IMG/VR virus record: IMGVR_UViG_3300044724_001955
Span: 1 to 40,824 of that record
Strand: one strand, 5' to 3'
Origin: a virus
Taxonomy: Duplodnaviria; Caudoviricetes
DNA: 40,824 bases
In this document: positions 25,030 through 33,698 of the stretch, piece after piece
How the letters are laid out: each line of letters starts with the position of its first letter
How positions within the stretch are numbered: the stretch's first letter is position 1
Made by a program: the position numbers and the translations under genes
Notes under the pieces: generated by a model
What the model was told of the DNA's origin: nothing
The model's input: only the letters and a program-made list of their open reading frames with translations
Databases searched by the model: none

Positions 25030-25239
25030 ATGAAAGAAGGAAATTTAATTTCTTTTAAAGTATTGATAGATGACAAAGGAAAAATAAACACAGAGCTTAG
25101 TTTTCTTCCTGAAAAAGAAATTAATAAAATTTTTTCAGATGTGTATACTCAAAATTATATCAGAACTATTCTAAGAGAAGGACACACAAAGTTAGATTCT
25201 CTGCATAATTTTTTAGAAAAACAATTACAGGCATTATAA
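25030..25239 (+). CDS. Hypothetical protein
   Basis: 69 aa; TAAGGAG SD. Confidence 0.7.
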   Translation: MKEGNLISFKVLIDDKGKINTELSFLPEKEINKIFSDVYTQNYIRTILREGHTKLDSLHNFLEKQLQAL

Positions 25240-25240
25240 A

Positions 25241-25450
25241 ATGGAAGAATTATTTTTTACACCAGAAACAAGATTAGGTATGACTCTTCGTATTAATTCA
25301 GAAATTGTTTCAGCCTTGGCTAATGTTGAGCTAATGGAAGAAAACATTGAGATTATTACAAATCTTTTACATAAGCATTCATCTTTTGTTTTAGAAGTAT
25401 CTCAGAAAGCAGTACAGGCAGAACGCTTAGATGTTAAAATAGTTAAGTAA
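25241..25450 (+). CDS. Hypothetical protein, last gene of the + arm
   Basis: 69 aa; stop overlaps the convergent gene. Confidence 0.65.
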   Translation: MEELFFTPETRLGMTLRINSEIVSALANVELMEENIEIITNLLHKHSSFVLEVSQKAVQAERLDVKIVK

Positions 25451-25694
25451 GAAGTTGACAGTCTAGAAGCCACTGCTTAGGTATAACAATCTCAGCATCT
25501 CCTTGCTCTACTTGACCGTTCTCATCTAAGATAAAATGAGGACAAATAATTAAAGACATTTCATCTTCATACAGCTTAATACCACAAGAAACAACGCGAG
25601 CAGGTTTAGTCTTTACTAAATCTTCTAAAGCTCTCCAGCCTATGTTGCCACCACCTGTTGCATCAAGCCACGTAACTTTATATATTTTTACCAT
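25443..25694 (-). CDS. Conserved phage hypothetical protein, last gene of the - arm
   Basis: 83 aa; VTWLDA...W...SCG...IVIPK pattern. Confidence 0.7.
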   Translation of the reverse strand: MVKIYKVTWLDATGGGNIGWRALEDLVKTKPARVVSCGIKLYEDEMSLIICPHFILDENGQVEQGDAEIVIPKQWLLDCQLLT

Positions 25695-25978
25695 TTTACT
25701 TTATTAGCCCAGTAAGCCGCAGACATTTTTCCCTTAGCTATGTTCTTACTGTGCCTAGCTTTGAATGATTTACGTTTTGCTTTCATGCGAGCAGATTCAC
25801 CTGCTTTAGGTTTACCGGCTGTACTGGCTCCTTGCTCACCAAAACGAATTGTTTTTATTTTGTCGCCTTCTTTAGCCACAACAACATGAGATTTTTTAGG
25901 ATGCTTAGGGGTTCTCTTAGGCTTATTAAAACCACTGACTCCTGCTCGTTCTAGCCTAGGATCCTTACCTTTTGCCAT
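25688..25978 (-). CDS. Small basic protein (DUF6321/DUF5754-like)
   Basis: KTIRFGEQG, RKSFKARH and MSAAYWANKVKW motifs; GAGGAG SD. Confidence 0.7.
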   Translation of the reverse strand: MAKGKDPRLERAGVSGFNKPKRTPKHPKKSHVVVAKEGDKIKTIRFGEQGASTAGKPKAGESARMKAKRKSFKARHSKNIAKGKMSAAYWANKVKW

Positions 25979-26054
25979 TTAGAATCTCCTCTTCTTTCTT
26001 AGTTAACCAAGATAACATAAATAATAAAAATGTTACACCAATAAAGCGCATCAT
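25965..26054 (-). CDS. 29-aa single-TM peptide
   Basis: MMRFIGVTFLLFMLSWLTKKEEEILNGKR; ATGA overlap with the upstream stop. Confidence 0.5.
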   Translation of the reverse strand: MMRFIGVTFLLFMLSWLTKKEEEILNGKR

Positions 26055-26305
26055 ACCTTTCTATGCTTTTTAGTTTTCTTTGCAATCTTCTTAGGCTGTT
26101 CACTGTGCTGCTTACCAGCCTTGGTATCCTTACGCTTCTTTGCGCTTGTCTGAGCATACTCAGCAGAGCTTAGAGACTCCCTAGCCTTTTTAGGTAAATA
26201 TCGCTCACCTGTCTCACTAGACTTCTTACCAGACTTAGTACCCCAGTCCTGCTTTGTCCAAGCTTTTAAAGACTTCTGTGGTTTTCTAATAGCCATTGCT
26301 TGCAC
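26051..26305 (-). CDS. Basic protein, DUF5872-like C-terminal half
   Basis: QKSLKAWTKQDW and GERYLPKKARESLS motifs; AAGGAG upstream. Confidence 0.7.
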   Translation of the reverse strand: MQAMAIRKPQKSLKAWTKQDWGTKSGKKSSETGERYLPKKARESLSSAEYAQTSAKKRKDTKAGKQHSEQPKKIAKKTKKHRKV

Positions 26306-26311
26306 TCTCCT

Positions 26312-26746
26312 TTATACAATTTTAAATACTTTAAATGCTACGTAGAGTACAAAAGGAAGAACCACTAAAGCGCCTGTTCCCCACAACAATGCTGATCCAA
26401 GTAACGCTAAATCAGCCGCTCTCTTTTGCTTACGTAAACGCTCTTCTCGGTCTCTTTTTTGTTTACATTCAGACTGAAACTTTAACCAGTCCTCATACAT
26501 ATCTGGACGACCAGCATAAACCATGTGGTCTTTGAGCCATGCTTCCTGCTCTTTAATTTTTTCTAGCTCCATAAAGCACTGAAGCTCATCAGAGCTTCCA
26601 GAGCGATCAGCCTTTTTAGCTATTGCAGATTTGTTATCAAAATATTTAGTGGCTTGTTCTGCTACATCGTAAAGCTCTTTACCGTTTTCTAATGCTCCTT
26701 TGATGACTTGAAATGCTGCATTCGCTGCTGCAATTTCAACTAGCAT
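26312..26746 (-). CDS. Coiled-coil protein with C-terminal membrane anchor
   Basis: 144 aa; hydrophobic C-terminus; GGAGG SD; in the lysis region. Confidence 0.7.
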   Translation of the reverse strand: MLVEIAAANAAFQVIKGALENGKELYDVAEQATKYFDNKSAIAKKADRSGSSDELQCFMELEKIKEQEAWLKDHMVYAGRPDMYEDWLKFQSECKQKRDREERLRKQKRAADLALLGSALLWGTGALVVLPFVLYVAFKVFKIV

Positions 26747-26925
26747 TATTTGTACCCTCCACCTTTAGCTTTGTATTGTCTAGCTAACATCTGAGCCTTA
26801 CGTGCTGACCACTGACCAGCTTTACCGCCTTTAGTCCCAGCTTTAATCTTATTAAAAAGATTCTTACGCATGGTAGGCTTAGTATAGTTACCTGCTTTAT
26901 TAACCGTAGATTTTTTATCAGTCAT
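26746..26925 (-). CDS. Basic protein, DUF5872-like N-terminal half
   Basis: YTKPTMRK...GTKGGKAGQWSARKAQMLARQYKAKGGGY; start at 26925 preferred. Confidence 0.7.
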   Translation of the reverse strand: MTDKKSTVNKAGNYTKPTMRKNLFNKIKAGTKGGKAGQWSARKAQMLARQYKAKGGGYK

Positions 26926-27061
26926 TTTTTTTATTCCATAATTCAAACAGGACACGAACTTTTTCTTTTATAGTCTCAATATCTCCATGCATTTTAGCCA
27001 ACACAATTACTAAAGTAATAAAGCCCATGAATATAGGCCAAGTAGAATTTACAAATTCCAT
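26918..27061 (-). CDS. Small TM + coiled-coil protein (possible accessory lysis protein)
   Basis: MEFVNSTWPIFMGFITLVIVLAKMHGDIETIKEKVRVLFELWNKKND; 47 aa, directly after the holin. Confidence 0.65.
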   Translation of the reverse strand: MEFVNSTWPIFMGFITLVIVLAKMHGDIETIKEKVRVLFELWNKKND

Positions 27062-27069
27062 AGTTGTCA

Positions 27070-27468
27070 CTACTTAGACACCCCTGATTTTTTCTCGTAA
27101 GTTCTCATTGCACCTAAGCCTAACATTCCCATCAACACGGGCATCATGGTCTCCAAAGGAACCAGAGGTATAACTATGTCTAACTCAAGTAGAGCCAAAA
27201 CAAAGTTACTAAACGGAATGGTAATAAAGTTACCAAACATTCCTAAGCCACATGTCCAGCCAATGAACGGTCGCCAACCACTTACCATGAGGTTAGAATT
27301 GGCCGCCTCGACCTGATTGATAGCCATCTGACCCTGAGCAATTTCTTGCGCGTATTTCTGTGACATTGTTGCAATTTCATGCGCCAACGCAGCCTTCTGA
27401 TCCTTGTCCTCTATGAACTTGTCTAGAAGACCTGTGACAGGCCCTATGAGAGCGTTTAAGATAGCCAT
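27070..27468 (-). CDS. Holin, GTA 3TM family (DUF3154-like)
   Basis: LLDKFIEDKD, SGWRPFIGW and LGLGAMRTYEK motifs; adjacent to the endolysin. Confidence 0.85.
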   Translation of the reverse strand: MAILNALIGPVTGLLDKFIEDKDQKAALAHEIATMSQKYAQEIAQGQMAINQVEAANSNLMVSGWRPFIGWTCGLGMFGNFITIPFSNFVLALLELDIVIPLVPLETMMPVLMGMLGLGAMRTYEKKSGVSK

Positions 27469-27837
27469 CTAGTAACTCCATACCCAAGGTCTAGGGCGGT
27501 TCTCAGCCCACTCAAGGTCATCAAGGTGGATAAATCTGTTTGGGCCTTTCTGATTAATACCTATACCTGTCATACCTACGTTCAGAGCCTCTCTAAGGAG
27601 CCTGTAAGCCTGATCTCCGCTTACTGCGATATCTAGTGCGTGTCCAGTAGAATGCGCTCCAGGAGCCTTCTTCTTGCGTTCTATGATGTGGTCTTTACAA
27701 CGGTAAGCAGATGTAACTACAAAAGGAAAACCTAAGTCTTGGCGTAACGCTTCTACTTTAACCATAAAAGATTCATCCATATTGTGCTCGCCACAGTGTT
27801 GACATTTAAGCTCATCTATGTTAAAATATTTATACAT
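27469..27837 (-). CDS. Endolysin, peptidase M15A family
   Basis: TSAYRC..H, GAHSTGHALDI and FIHLD Zn-peptidase motifs. Confidence 0.9.
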   Translation of the reverse strand: MYKYFNIDELKCQHCGEHNMDESFMVKVEALRQDLGFPFVVTSAYRCKDHIIERKKKAPGAHSTGHALDIAVSGDQAYRLLREALNVGMTGIGINQKGPNRFIHLDDLEWAENRPRPWVWSY

Positions 27838-30800
27838 TATTAACTTTCCTCTTCAATGCTTTTAAGACTTTACCACCTTTAAAAAACCCTAGATCTTCAT
27901 TAGGAACAACATAATCTGGATCATTAAATTCTGGATTTTCTTTTTTAAATCTTTCTCCTGCTTCTAAACTAAATCTTTGTTTACTTGTAACACCTTTAGA
28001 AAACCTATTTTCATAGTTTGCTTTTTCTACAACAGATGCTTCAGAAACATCAGTAGGTTCTTCTCCTAAATCAGGATTAAAAAATTCAACACTTTCTGCT
28101 TCTTCTAATTGTTGATCTAAAGATTTATCATATCTTCCTTTGTACTGAGTACCTTTACTTTTATCTATTGTTCTAGTTCTGTTAAAAGGTTTAAATCTTT
28201 CTTTTTCAGACTTACTTAAAAGTAATTTATATTCTTTATCAGTTAAACCTTGCTTTAAAAGTTTTCCAGTTTTTTTATTTTTCTTAGGCACAATTTGTTC
28301 TGAAATTTCTTGTATGTTGTCATCAAAAGATTTTAATGTTTGATTTAAAGTAAGTGATCGTAAAACACTAACTTCTTGACTAGGGTATTCTTCAAGTGGT
28401 TGTTGGAGGTCGTCTGCATCAATATTTAATAATCGAAACTTTCTAGCTTTGTTAGTTAAAATATTGTTGTCTTCAGGATGATAAAGAAACTTATTGCTGG
28501 TTTTAACAGAAGTAATTAATTCTTTAGTTGTAAGAGCATTACTTACATTTAAAGATTCTTGACCCGGAATAATTTCTAGCTCTACATAAAACTGTTCAGG
28601 AACTATGTATTTTTGTCGTATCTTTTTACCTTTTTGCATAACTTCAAAACCTTGTTGCTGCTTTATACGTGCAGCATTCAAAGTATTTCTTAAAGAACTA
28701 AGCTGTGCAGAATCTGCTTTTAAAGAATTATTGTTAACTAAATCTTCAAGTAATTCTGGAGTTAATTCTTTGTAAGAAATAACAGATCCAAAACTATCTT
28801 TTGTAGCTGTCGAGATAAGATTAAATACTCCGTCTCTTTCTATTGTTTTTAAAATATCTCTAGGTTCTACACCTATTCTTTCTACATCGTTTTCAGCTAA
28901 GAAACCTAAACGATCTTCTACTGATGATTCATTTACAAATTTTAATTCTTGTTTTGTTGGAGTTTCTGTAAGACCAAAAGGTAGTATCTGTTCTTGATTA
29001 AAAATTAAATACTGTTTGATTGAGCTGCCTTCAGTAGTTGCTAAAATTTTATCAACTTGTGAGCCTAGTAAATCTTCAGTAGGTATTTCCATATCTACTA
29101 ATTGTTCTGGTATAGCATTTTCAGGATCGCCGTCTTCAATAATGCTATATGAAGTATCTGCTTCTCTAGGATCTTTTAAACCTTCTGCTTCTAATTCTTT
29201 TAAATAAGAAGACATTCCACCAGCTTCATTAGCATCTAACAAAGCTTGTGATGTTGGTGCTTTTCCTGTTGCTGTTAGAACAGTAGGAACTTTAAACGTA
29301 GAAGGATTTTGAGATGTTGTACTTTTAGTAAGGTTAGGTTTAAATATTTCAGAACCATTAAACTCAATAGAATCGTAACCTTCTTCGTTAAGTAACTTAT
29401 AAAGCTGTTTATTTCCAGAAGTAAGGACTTCATCAGCTATTATTTGCTTATCAAATAAAGAATTAGAATCATCAATATTTTGTACAATGTCTAATTTTTT
29501 AGTTATATCTTTTTTAAGAGCTTCAAACTTTTTAGGGTTTTTCATTCTAGAAATAAATTTACTATTATAAATTAAGTAAAAAGGTATGTCGGGCATTTCT
29601 TCTTCAAGCTTTAAAGGCTGTCGAATTCTAATTTTATTCTTAGACATTCCAACATTAGGAGCACGTTCAGATTCTTTATACTTAGGAGCATAAGATCCCA
29701 TTCTAGAACCGTACAACCCAGTGTCTGCTTCTTCACCTATTACAGCATAAACATCTTTAGCTTCTACTGAGTTTTCTACAAAAGAAGATGTGTAATAATT
29801 CTGTTCTTCAGGAGTAAGCTGCATATCAAAACCAGAATTAACATCTTTTAAAACTGCTGCTTCATCTACAGTTTCCATATTACGTAGCATAGGAGCTAGT
29901 TCTTGATACATTGGATCTGCTTCTAGCTCTGCTAAAGTTACAGGCTTACCTGACTTTGACATGTAGGATTGGATACCTTTACGTATAAAGCCACCTAGTC
30001 TAAAAGTTTTTCTATTTTGAAGTATAGCTCCTGCTTGTTCTTCGTAAGATGTTCCTGTTGTTTTATCTATGCGAGCACTAGGATTTTCTCCTGTACGCTC
30101 TATAAACCTATCAATTAAACCGCCTGCAAAGTTTCTATCCATATCGTAAGCTTTTTTAAAATCTTTATATGGTTTAGCAAACTCACTATATAAACTTGGT
30201 TCTTGTCTAGGTTTACGTAACCCTGCCATTACTCCTGCTGTATAATCTATTTCTTGTGCAGGTTTTTTGACATACTCTTTACGAAACTTAGAAGGAATCA
30301 TAGAATAAAAAGGAAGATTAGTTGCTGCTAATTCAGTAGGGCCTTTACGATATAAAATAGCGTCGACTGCATCTCCTACAATAGGGCCTGTAACCGACTT
30401 AGCAAGAGTACCTAATGTACCTCCACCAACTTCAGCGTTTATTTTAGCATTTCTAATGTACTCACCAAAACCTAAACCACCCCAACGACTAATAGAATCT
30501 ACAATAATTTCATCAGGATCTTTTTCAAAACTTTCTCCAGCAGTACGTAAACCATTTAAACCTGTGGCTACTCCTGTCATAAACAAAGCAGTAGAACCAA
30601 CCTTAGCAGTACCTACCAAAGGATCTCGCTTTATTTGAGTATAGTAATTTTTTAAAACTGTATTACTAAAAGCAGTAGGGTATCCTAAAAATTGAAATAA
30701 GATAGAACCTGTAGCTGAAGTTTGTACGTGTGGTCTAGTTACAGCAGCTTTAGAGGGATCAAGAATAATTTCATTAGCAAATCTAGAAGCTCCTTGCATT

Positions 30801-33697
30801 ACTTGTTGCTCGTAAAAAGAGTTCCATTCTTGTATATTAGTATTTTGATTTTTACGACCTGAATATCTTTTAGCACCATTTTTTACCCACGAAACACCTT
30901 GAGGTATGTTTACGCCTAAGTCATATAGTTCTTGGGTTGCTCGGTTTAGTTTCTTTTTTTGACCGCCACTAAGTTTTGTACCTTGAAACTCTGCTACAGT
31001 TCTAAGATTTTTAGTTATTAAATCTTTACCCATAGTAAACGAAGCAAGCTGTACAGTACGTGTCCACTGACTTAGTAAGTTAACTTTAAAAAATGCAGAT
31101 TGTATTTTCTTAGCTTTAGATCCTTGTAAACCTTCTCCTGCAATGCTGTCAATACGTTGTGCAACTGATTGCTCTAAACCTAAATACACTCTGTGCATTT
31201 CTCTATTAGCTTCTTCTTTAGTAAGGCCATGCTCAGACTGAAGAATATCCATAGTGTTTTTTTGATTAGTCTTTGACCAGCTTTTAATAGCTTGTCCTAT
31301 ACCTTTTAAGTAAGTCCCTGTAGAAACCCTAGTTAAAGGAATAAAAGCTTCTGTAAGACTTGAGAACGTGGCTAAAGGCAAGTGAGCCATCTGCTGTGAA
31401 AGTTTAGCGTAGTCTGAAGCTGTTTGACCTACACCACTTTCAAATGTTGTATTTTTTAAACCTGTAGCATTTTCAAATATATCAACTAAACCAGCGCGAT
31501 CACTTTCTGTTAAAGTTCCGCCTGCGTCTTGAAGCTCATCTCTAATTTTATCTAAGTAATTACGACTAAACTCTTCAGTATTAATACCAAAAAGTTTTTT
31601 ACGTGTCATAGCTCTTGAAGTATCGTTTAAATAATCACGCATTAAAGTATTGTAATCATTGTCTATAAACTTACTTATGGTGCTATCGTCAAGCATATAT
31701 AAATTACGAGAACTAAATGATGAAGGAGTCATAGTAGTACTAAATTCACTATCTACATCGTTAACTAAGTTACGTTTATCTACCATAGTATCAATAATAT
31801 CGTTAGCTACTCTAAATTTTTCTGCTTTAATAGTTGAATTATCTGGTAATGTATTACTTAAATCATATTTACGTTGTTGAATTTCATGAAGCATATCTAT
31901 TAACGCTTCAGGAGTACCATCCATTCTTTTTTCTTCAGGTCTAAACTTAACATCTAAAGCGTCTATACGAAGTTTAACTTCTGAAGTAGGTAATCTTTGA
32001 AAGTTTACAAGTAAATCTTCGTACAGATTTGTATACTGCATTAATTCTTTGTATTGTTTTTGCTGATTTTTAGGTAAGTACTGTAAAACTATATCGTCAG
32101 ATAACGAAACAGCATTTTGTTCTACCATAATTTCAGCTAATTCATTTCTATTTTCTTCAATTACACTTTTTTTCCAGCGTCTTGCAAACCAAGCATTAGG
32201 GCCTTTAAACAATTTACGTGTATACAGACCTACTGATTTAGATTCTTCAAGTGCAGAGTCAGTTAATTTTCTTGACTCGCGTATAGTATTTATGTGATTT
32301 AAAGTTACACCTTGATCAGCATAATCATTTAAAGCTTTTTTATTTTGTGCAGCTCTTACTGCTTTAAATCTTTTTGCAAATGCTACTGGTGTTTCATCGT
32401 CAAAGCGTTTAGGATCTTTTAAAAGTTTTTCTAAATCTTTATTTCTCATTAATGAATCTAAAAGAATATTATCTTCATCAGATAATTTTCCTTTTTTCAA
32501 TAAAGGACGGATAACATCTTCATATCCTGAAATATATTTACCTGTTGTTGCATCAAGCTCTTGCTTGTAACTCCTGTCAACTGGAGTAACTCCTTCCCTA
32601 GCTTGTGTTAGTAACTTCTCGTTATAGCCAGTTCCTAAAAATCCAGAACCTCCACCTTCTTTAAAAGTATCGTAACGAAACTTAGTAAGTAAAGCAGCTA
32701 AGGTAGGAGAAGAATTAGAAAGAGTTTTAAAACGAGTTGTTGGCTTTCCTATAGTAGCTGAAATAGCATACTCGGCTGCCCTAGCTGCCCTGTAAGCACC
32801 GTCAGATTCGTCTAAAAGTCTTTCATCTGAAAATTTTTCTATTGTTCTACGTACTTCAGAGTCCATTTTCTGAGATACTTTTGTAATACCACCAGCTAAA
32901 GCACCACCAGCTACAGCTCCTAAAGCAGTAGACGCACCTATATCAAACACATCTAGACCATAACGTAAATTAATACCATCTACATCGTCTTGTTCTTGCT
33001 TTAAATACTCAGCTACTCCTGAAAATACTGCGCCTTCTGAAGCTCCTATTAATGCAGTCTGTTTAACATCTGCACTAAAATGATTTTTAATTTCTTTTAA
33101 TCTAGCTGCTTTAGCTTTACTTGTCCCACCTTTTATATTCAGTAAATTACTATCTCTCATAATTTTTGTTAAAGGTACTTCCTGCGTAAAACTTTTACCA
33201 ATACGTTTTAGTCCCATCTTAGTAGCTTCACCAGCAGCCACACGACCACCCATAGAAAGCCCTCCAGTAAACGGAACCATAAGAGCACTAAGAATCATTG
33301 TAGGATCTGTAGCTACGTCTATGCCTATGTCAGCCGTTGCTCTCATCCATTGCTTTAAACTGCCAGTGTCTGCATTTTCAAACTTAGTTCTAAGATACTT
33401 ATAATCTTTCTTCTGCTGATCTGAAAAGTTAGGCAGTTCTTGAAAAGCACGATAAGCTCCTGACGCTAAATTATAATCAGCATCACGCATATACTCATAC
33501 AAAGATTCAACAGTATCGTCATCTTCTCCAATGCTTGTTAAAAATCTTTCAGCAGTTGATGAAAACTCGTTATCGTTTTCTAAAGTATCTAAAGTAGTTT
33601 TTTCACCTGCGGAAGTTTTATTTTTAAAATTATACGTTGCTTCTTTTGAAGCAGCAGCTTTAAAATTTTTAAGTTCTTCAGGTGTAAGTATTGCCAT
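27830..33697 (-). CDS. Large internal virion (ejection) protein, multi-module
   Basis: 1955 aa; DPT...GG motif with Gly/Ala-rich hydrophobic segments; QFLGYPTAF motif; positioned before the lysis genes; xxxGG-delimited C-terminal module. Confidence 0.7.
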   Translation of the reverse strand: MAILTPEELKNFKAAASKEATYNFKNKTSAGEKTTLDTLENDNEFSSTAERFLTSIGEDDDTVESLYEYMRDADYNLASGAYRAFQELPNFSDQQKKDYKYLRTKFENADTGSLKQWMRATADIGIDVATDPTMILSALMVPFTGGLSMGGRVAAGEATKMGLKRIGKSFTQEVPLTKIMRDSNLLNIKGGTSKAKAARLKEIKNHFSADVKQTALIGASEGAVFSGVAEYLKQEQDDVDGINLRYGLDVFDIGASTALGAVAGGALAGGITKVSQKMDSEVRRTIEKFSDERLLDESDGAYRAARAAEYAISATIGKPTTRFKTLSNSSPTLAALLTKFRYDTFKEGGGSGFLGTGYNEKLLTQAREGVTPVDRSYKQELDATTGKYISGYEDVIRPLLKKGKLSDEDNILLDSLMRNKDLEKLLKDPKRFDDETPVAFAKRFKAVRAAQNKKALNDYADQGVTLNHINTIRESRKLTDSALEESKSVGLYTRKLFKGPNAWFARRWKKSVIEENRNELAEIMVEQNAVSLSDDIVLQYLPKNQQKQYKELMQYTNLYEDLLVNFQRLPTSEVKLRIDALDVKFRPEEKRMDGTPEALIDMLHEIQQRKYDLSNTLPDNSTIKAEKFRVANDIIDTMVDKRNLVNDVDSEFSTTMTPSSFSSRNLYMLDDSTISKFIDNDYNTLMRDYLNDTSRAMTRKKLFGINTEEFSRNYLDKIRDELQDAGGTLTESDRAGLVDIFENATGLKNTTFESGVGQTASDYAKLSQQMAHLPLATFSSLTEAFIPLTRVSTGTYLKGIGQAIKSWSKTNQKNTMDILQSEHGLTKEEANREMHRVYLGLEQSVAQRIDSIAGEGLQGSKAKKIQSAFFKVNLLSQWTRTVQLASFTMGKDLITKNLRTVAEFQGTKLSGGQKKKLNRATQELYDLGVNIPQGVSWVKNGAKRYSGRKNQNTNIQEWNSFYEQQVMQGASRFANEIILDPSKAAVTRPHVQTSATGSILFQFLGYPTAFSNTVLKNYYTQIKRDPLVGTAKVGSTALFMTGVATGLNGLRTAGESFEKDPDEIIVDSISRWGGLGFGEYIRNAKINAEVGGGTLGTLAKSVTGPIVGDAVDAILYRKGPTELAATNLPFYSMIPSKFRKEYVKKPAQEIDYTAGVMAGLRKPRQEPSLYSEFAKPYKDFKKAYDMDRNFAGGLIDRFIERTGENPSARIDKTTGTSYEEQAGAILQNRKTFRLGGFIRKGIQSYMSKSGKPVTLAELEADPMYQELAPMLRNMETVDEAAVLKDVNSGFDMQLTPEEQNYYTSSFVENSVEAKDVYAVIGEEADTGLYGSRMGSYAPKYKESERAPNVGMSKNKIRIRQPLKLEEEMPDIPFYLIYNSKFISRMKNPKKFEALKKDITKKLDIVQNIDDSNSLFDKQIIADEVLTSGNKQLYKLLNEEGYDSIEFNGSEIFKPNLTKSTTSQNPSTFKVPTVLTATGKAPTSQALLDANEAGGMSSYLKELEAEGLKDPREADTSYSIIEDGDPENAIPEQLVDMEIPTEDLLGSQVDKILATTEGSSIKQYLIFNQEQILPFGLTETPTKQELKFVNESSVEDRLGFLAENDVERIGVEPRDILKTIERDGVFNLISTATKDSFGSVISYKELTPELLEDLVNNNSLKADSAQLSSLRNTLNAARIKQQQGFEVMQKGKKIRQKYIVPEQFYVELEIIPGQESLNVSNALTTKELITSVKTSNKFLYHPEDNNILTNKARKFRLLNIDADDLQQPLEEYPSQEVSVLRSLTLNQTLKSFDDNIQEISEQIVPKKNKKTGKLLKQGLTDKEYKLLLSKSEKERFKPFNRTRTIDKSKGTQYKGRYDKSLDQQLEEAESVEFFNPDLGEEPTDVSEASVVEKANYENRFSKGVTSKQRFSLEAGERFKKENPEFNDPDYVVPNEDLGFFKGGKVLKALKRKVNNV

Positions 33698-33698
33698 A

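Noticed and set aside
25443-25450. Bidirectional terminator at the arm convergence
   Set aside because: The stop codons overlap and no hairpin with T-tracts is visible.
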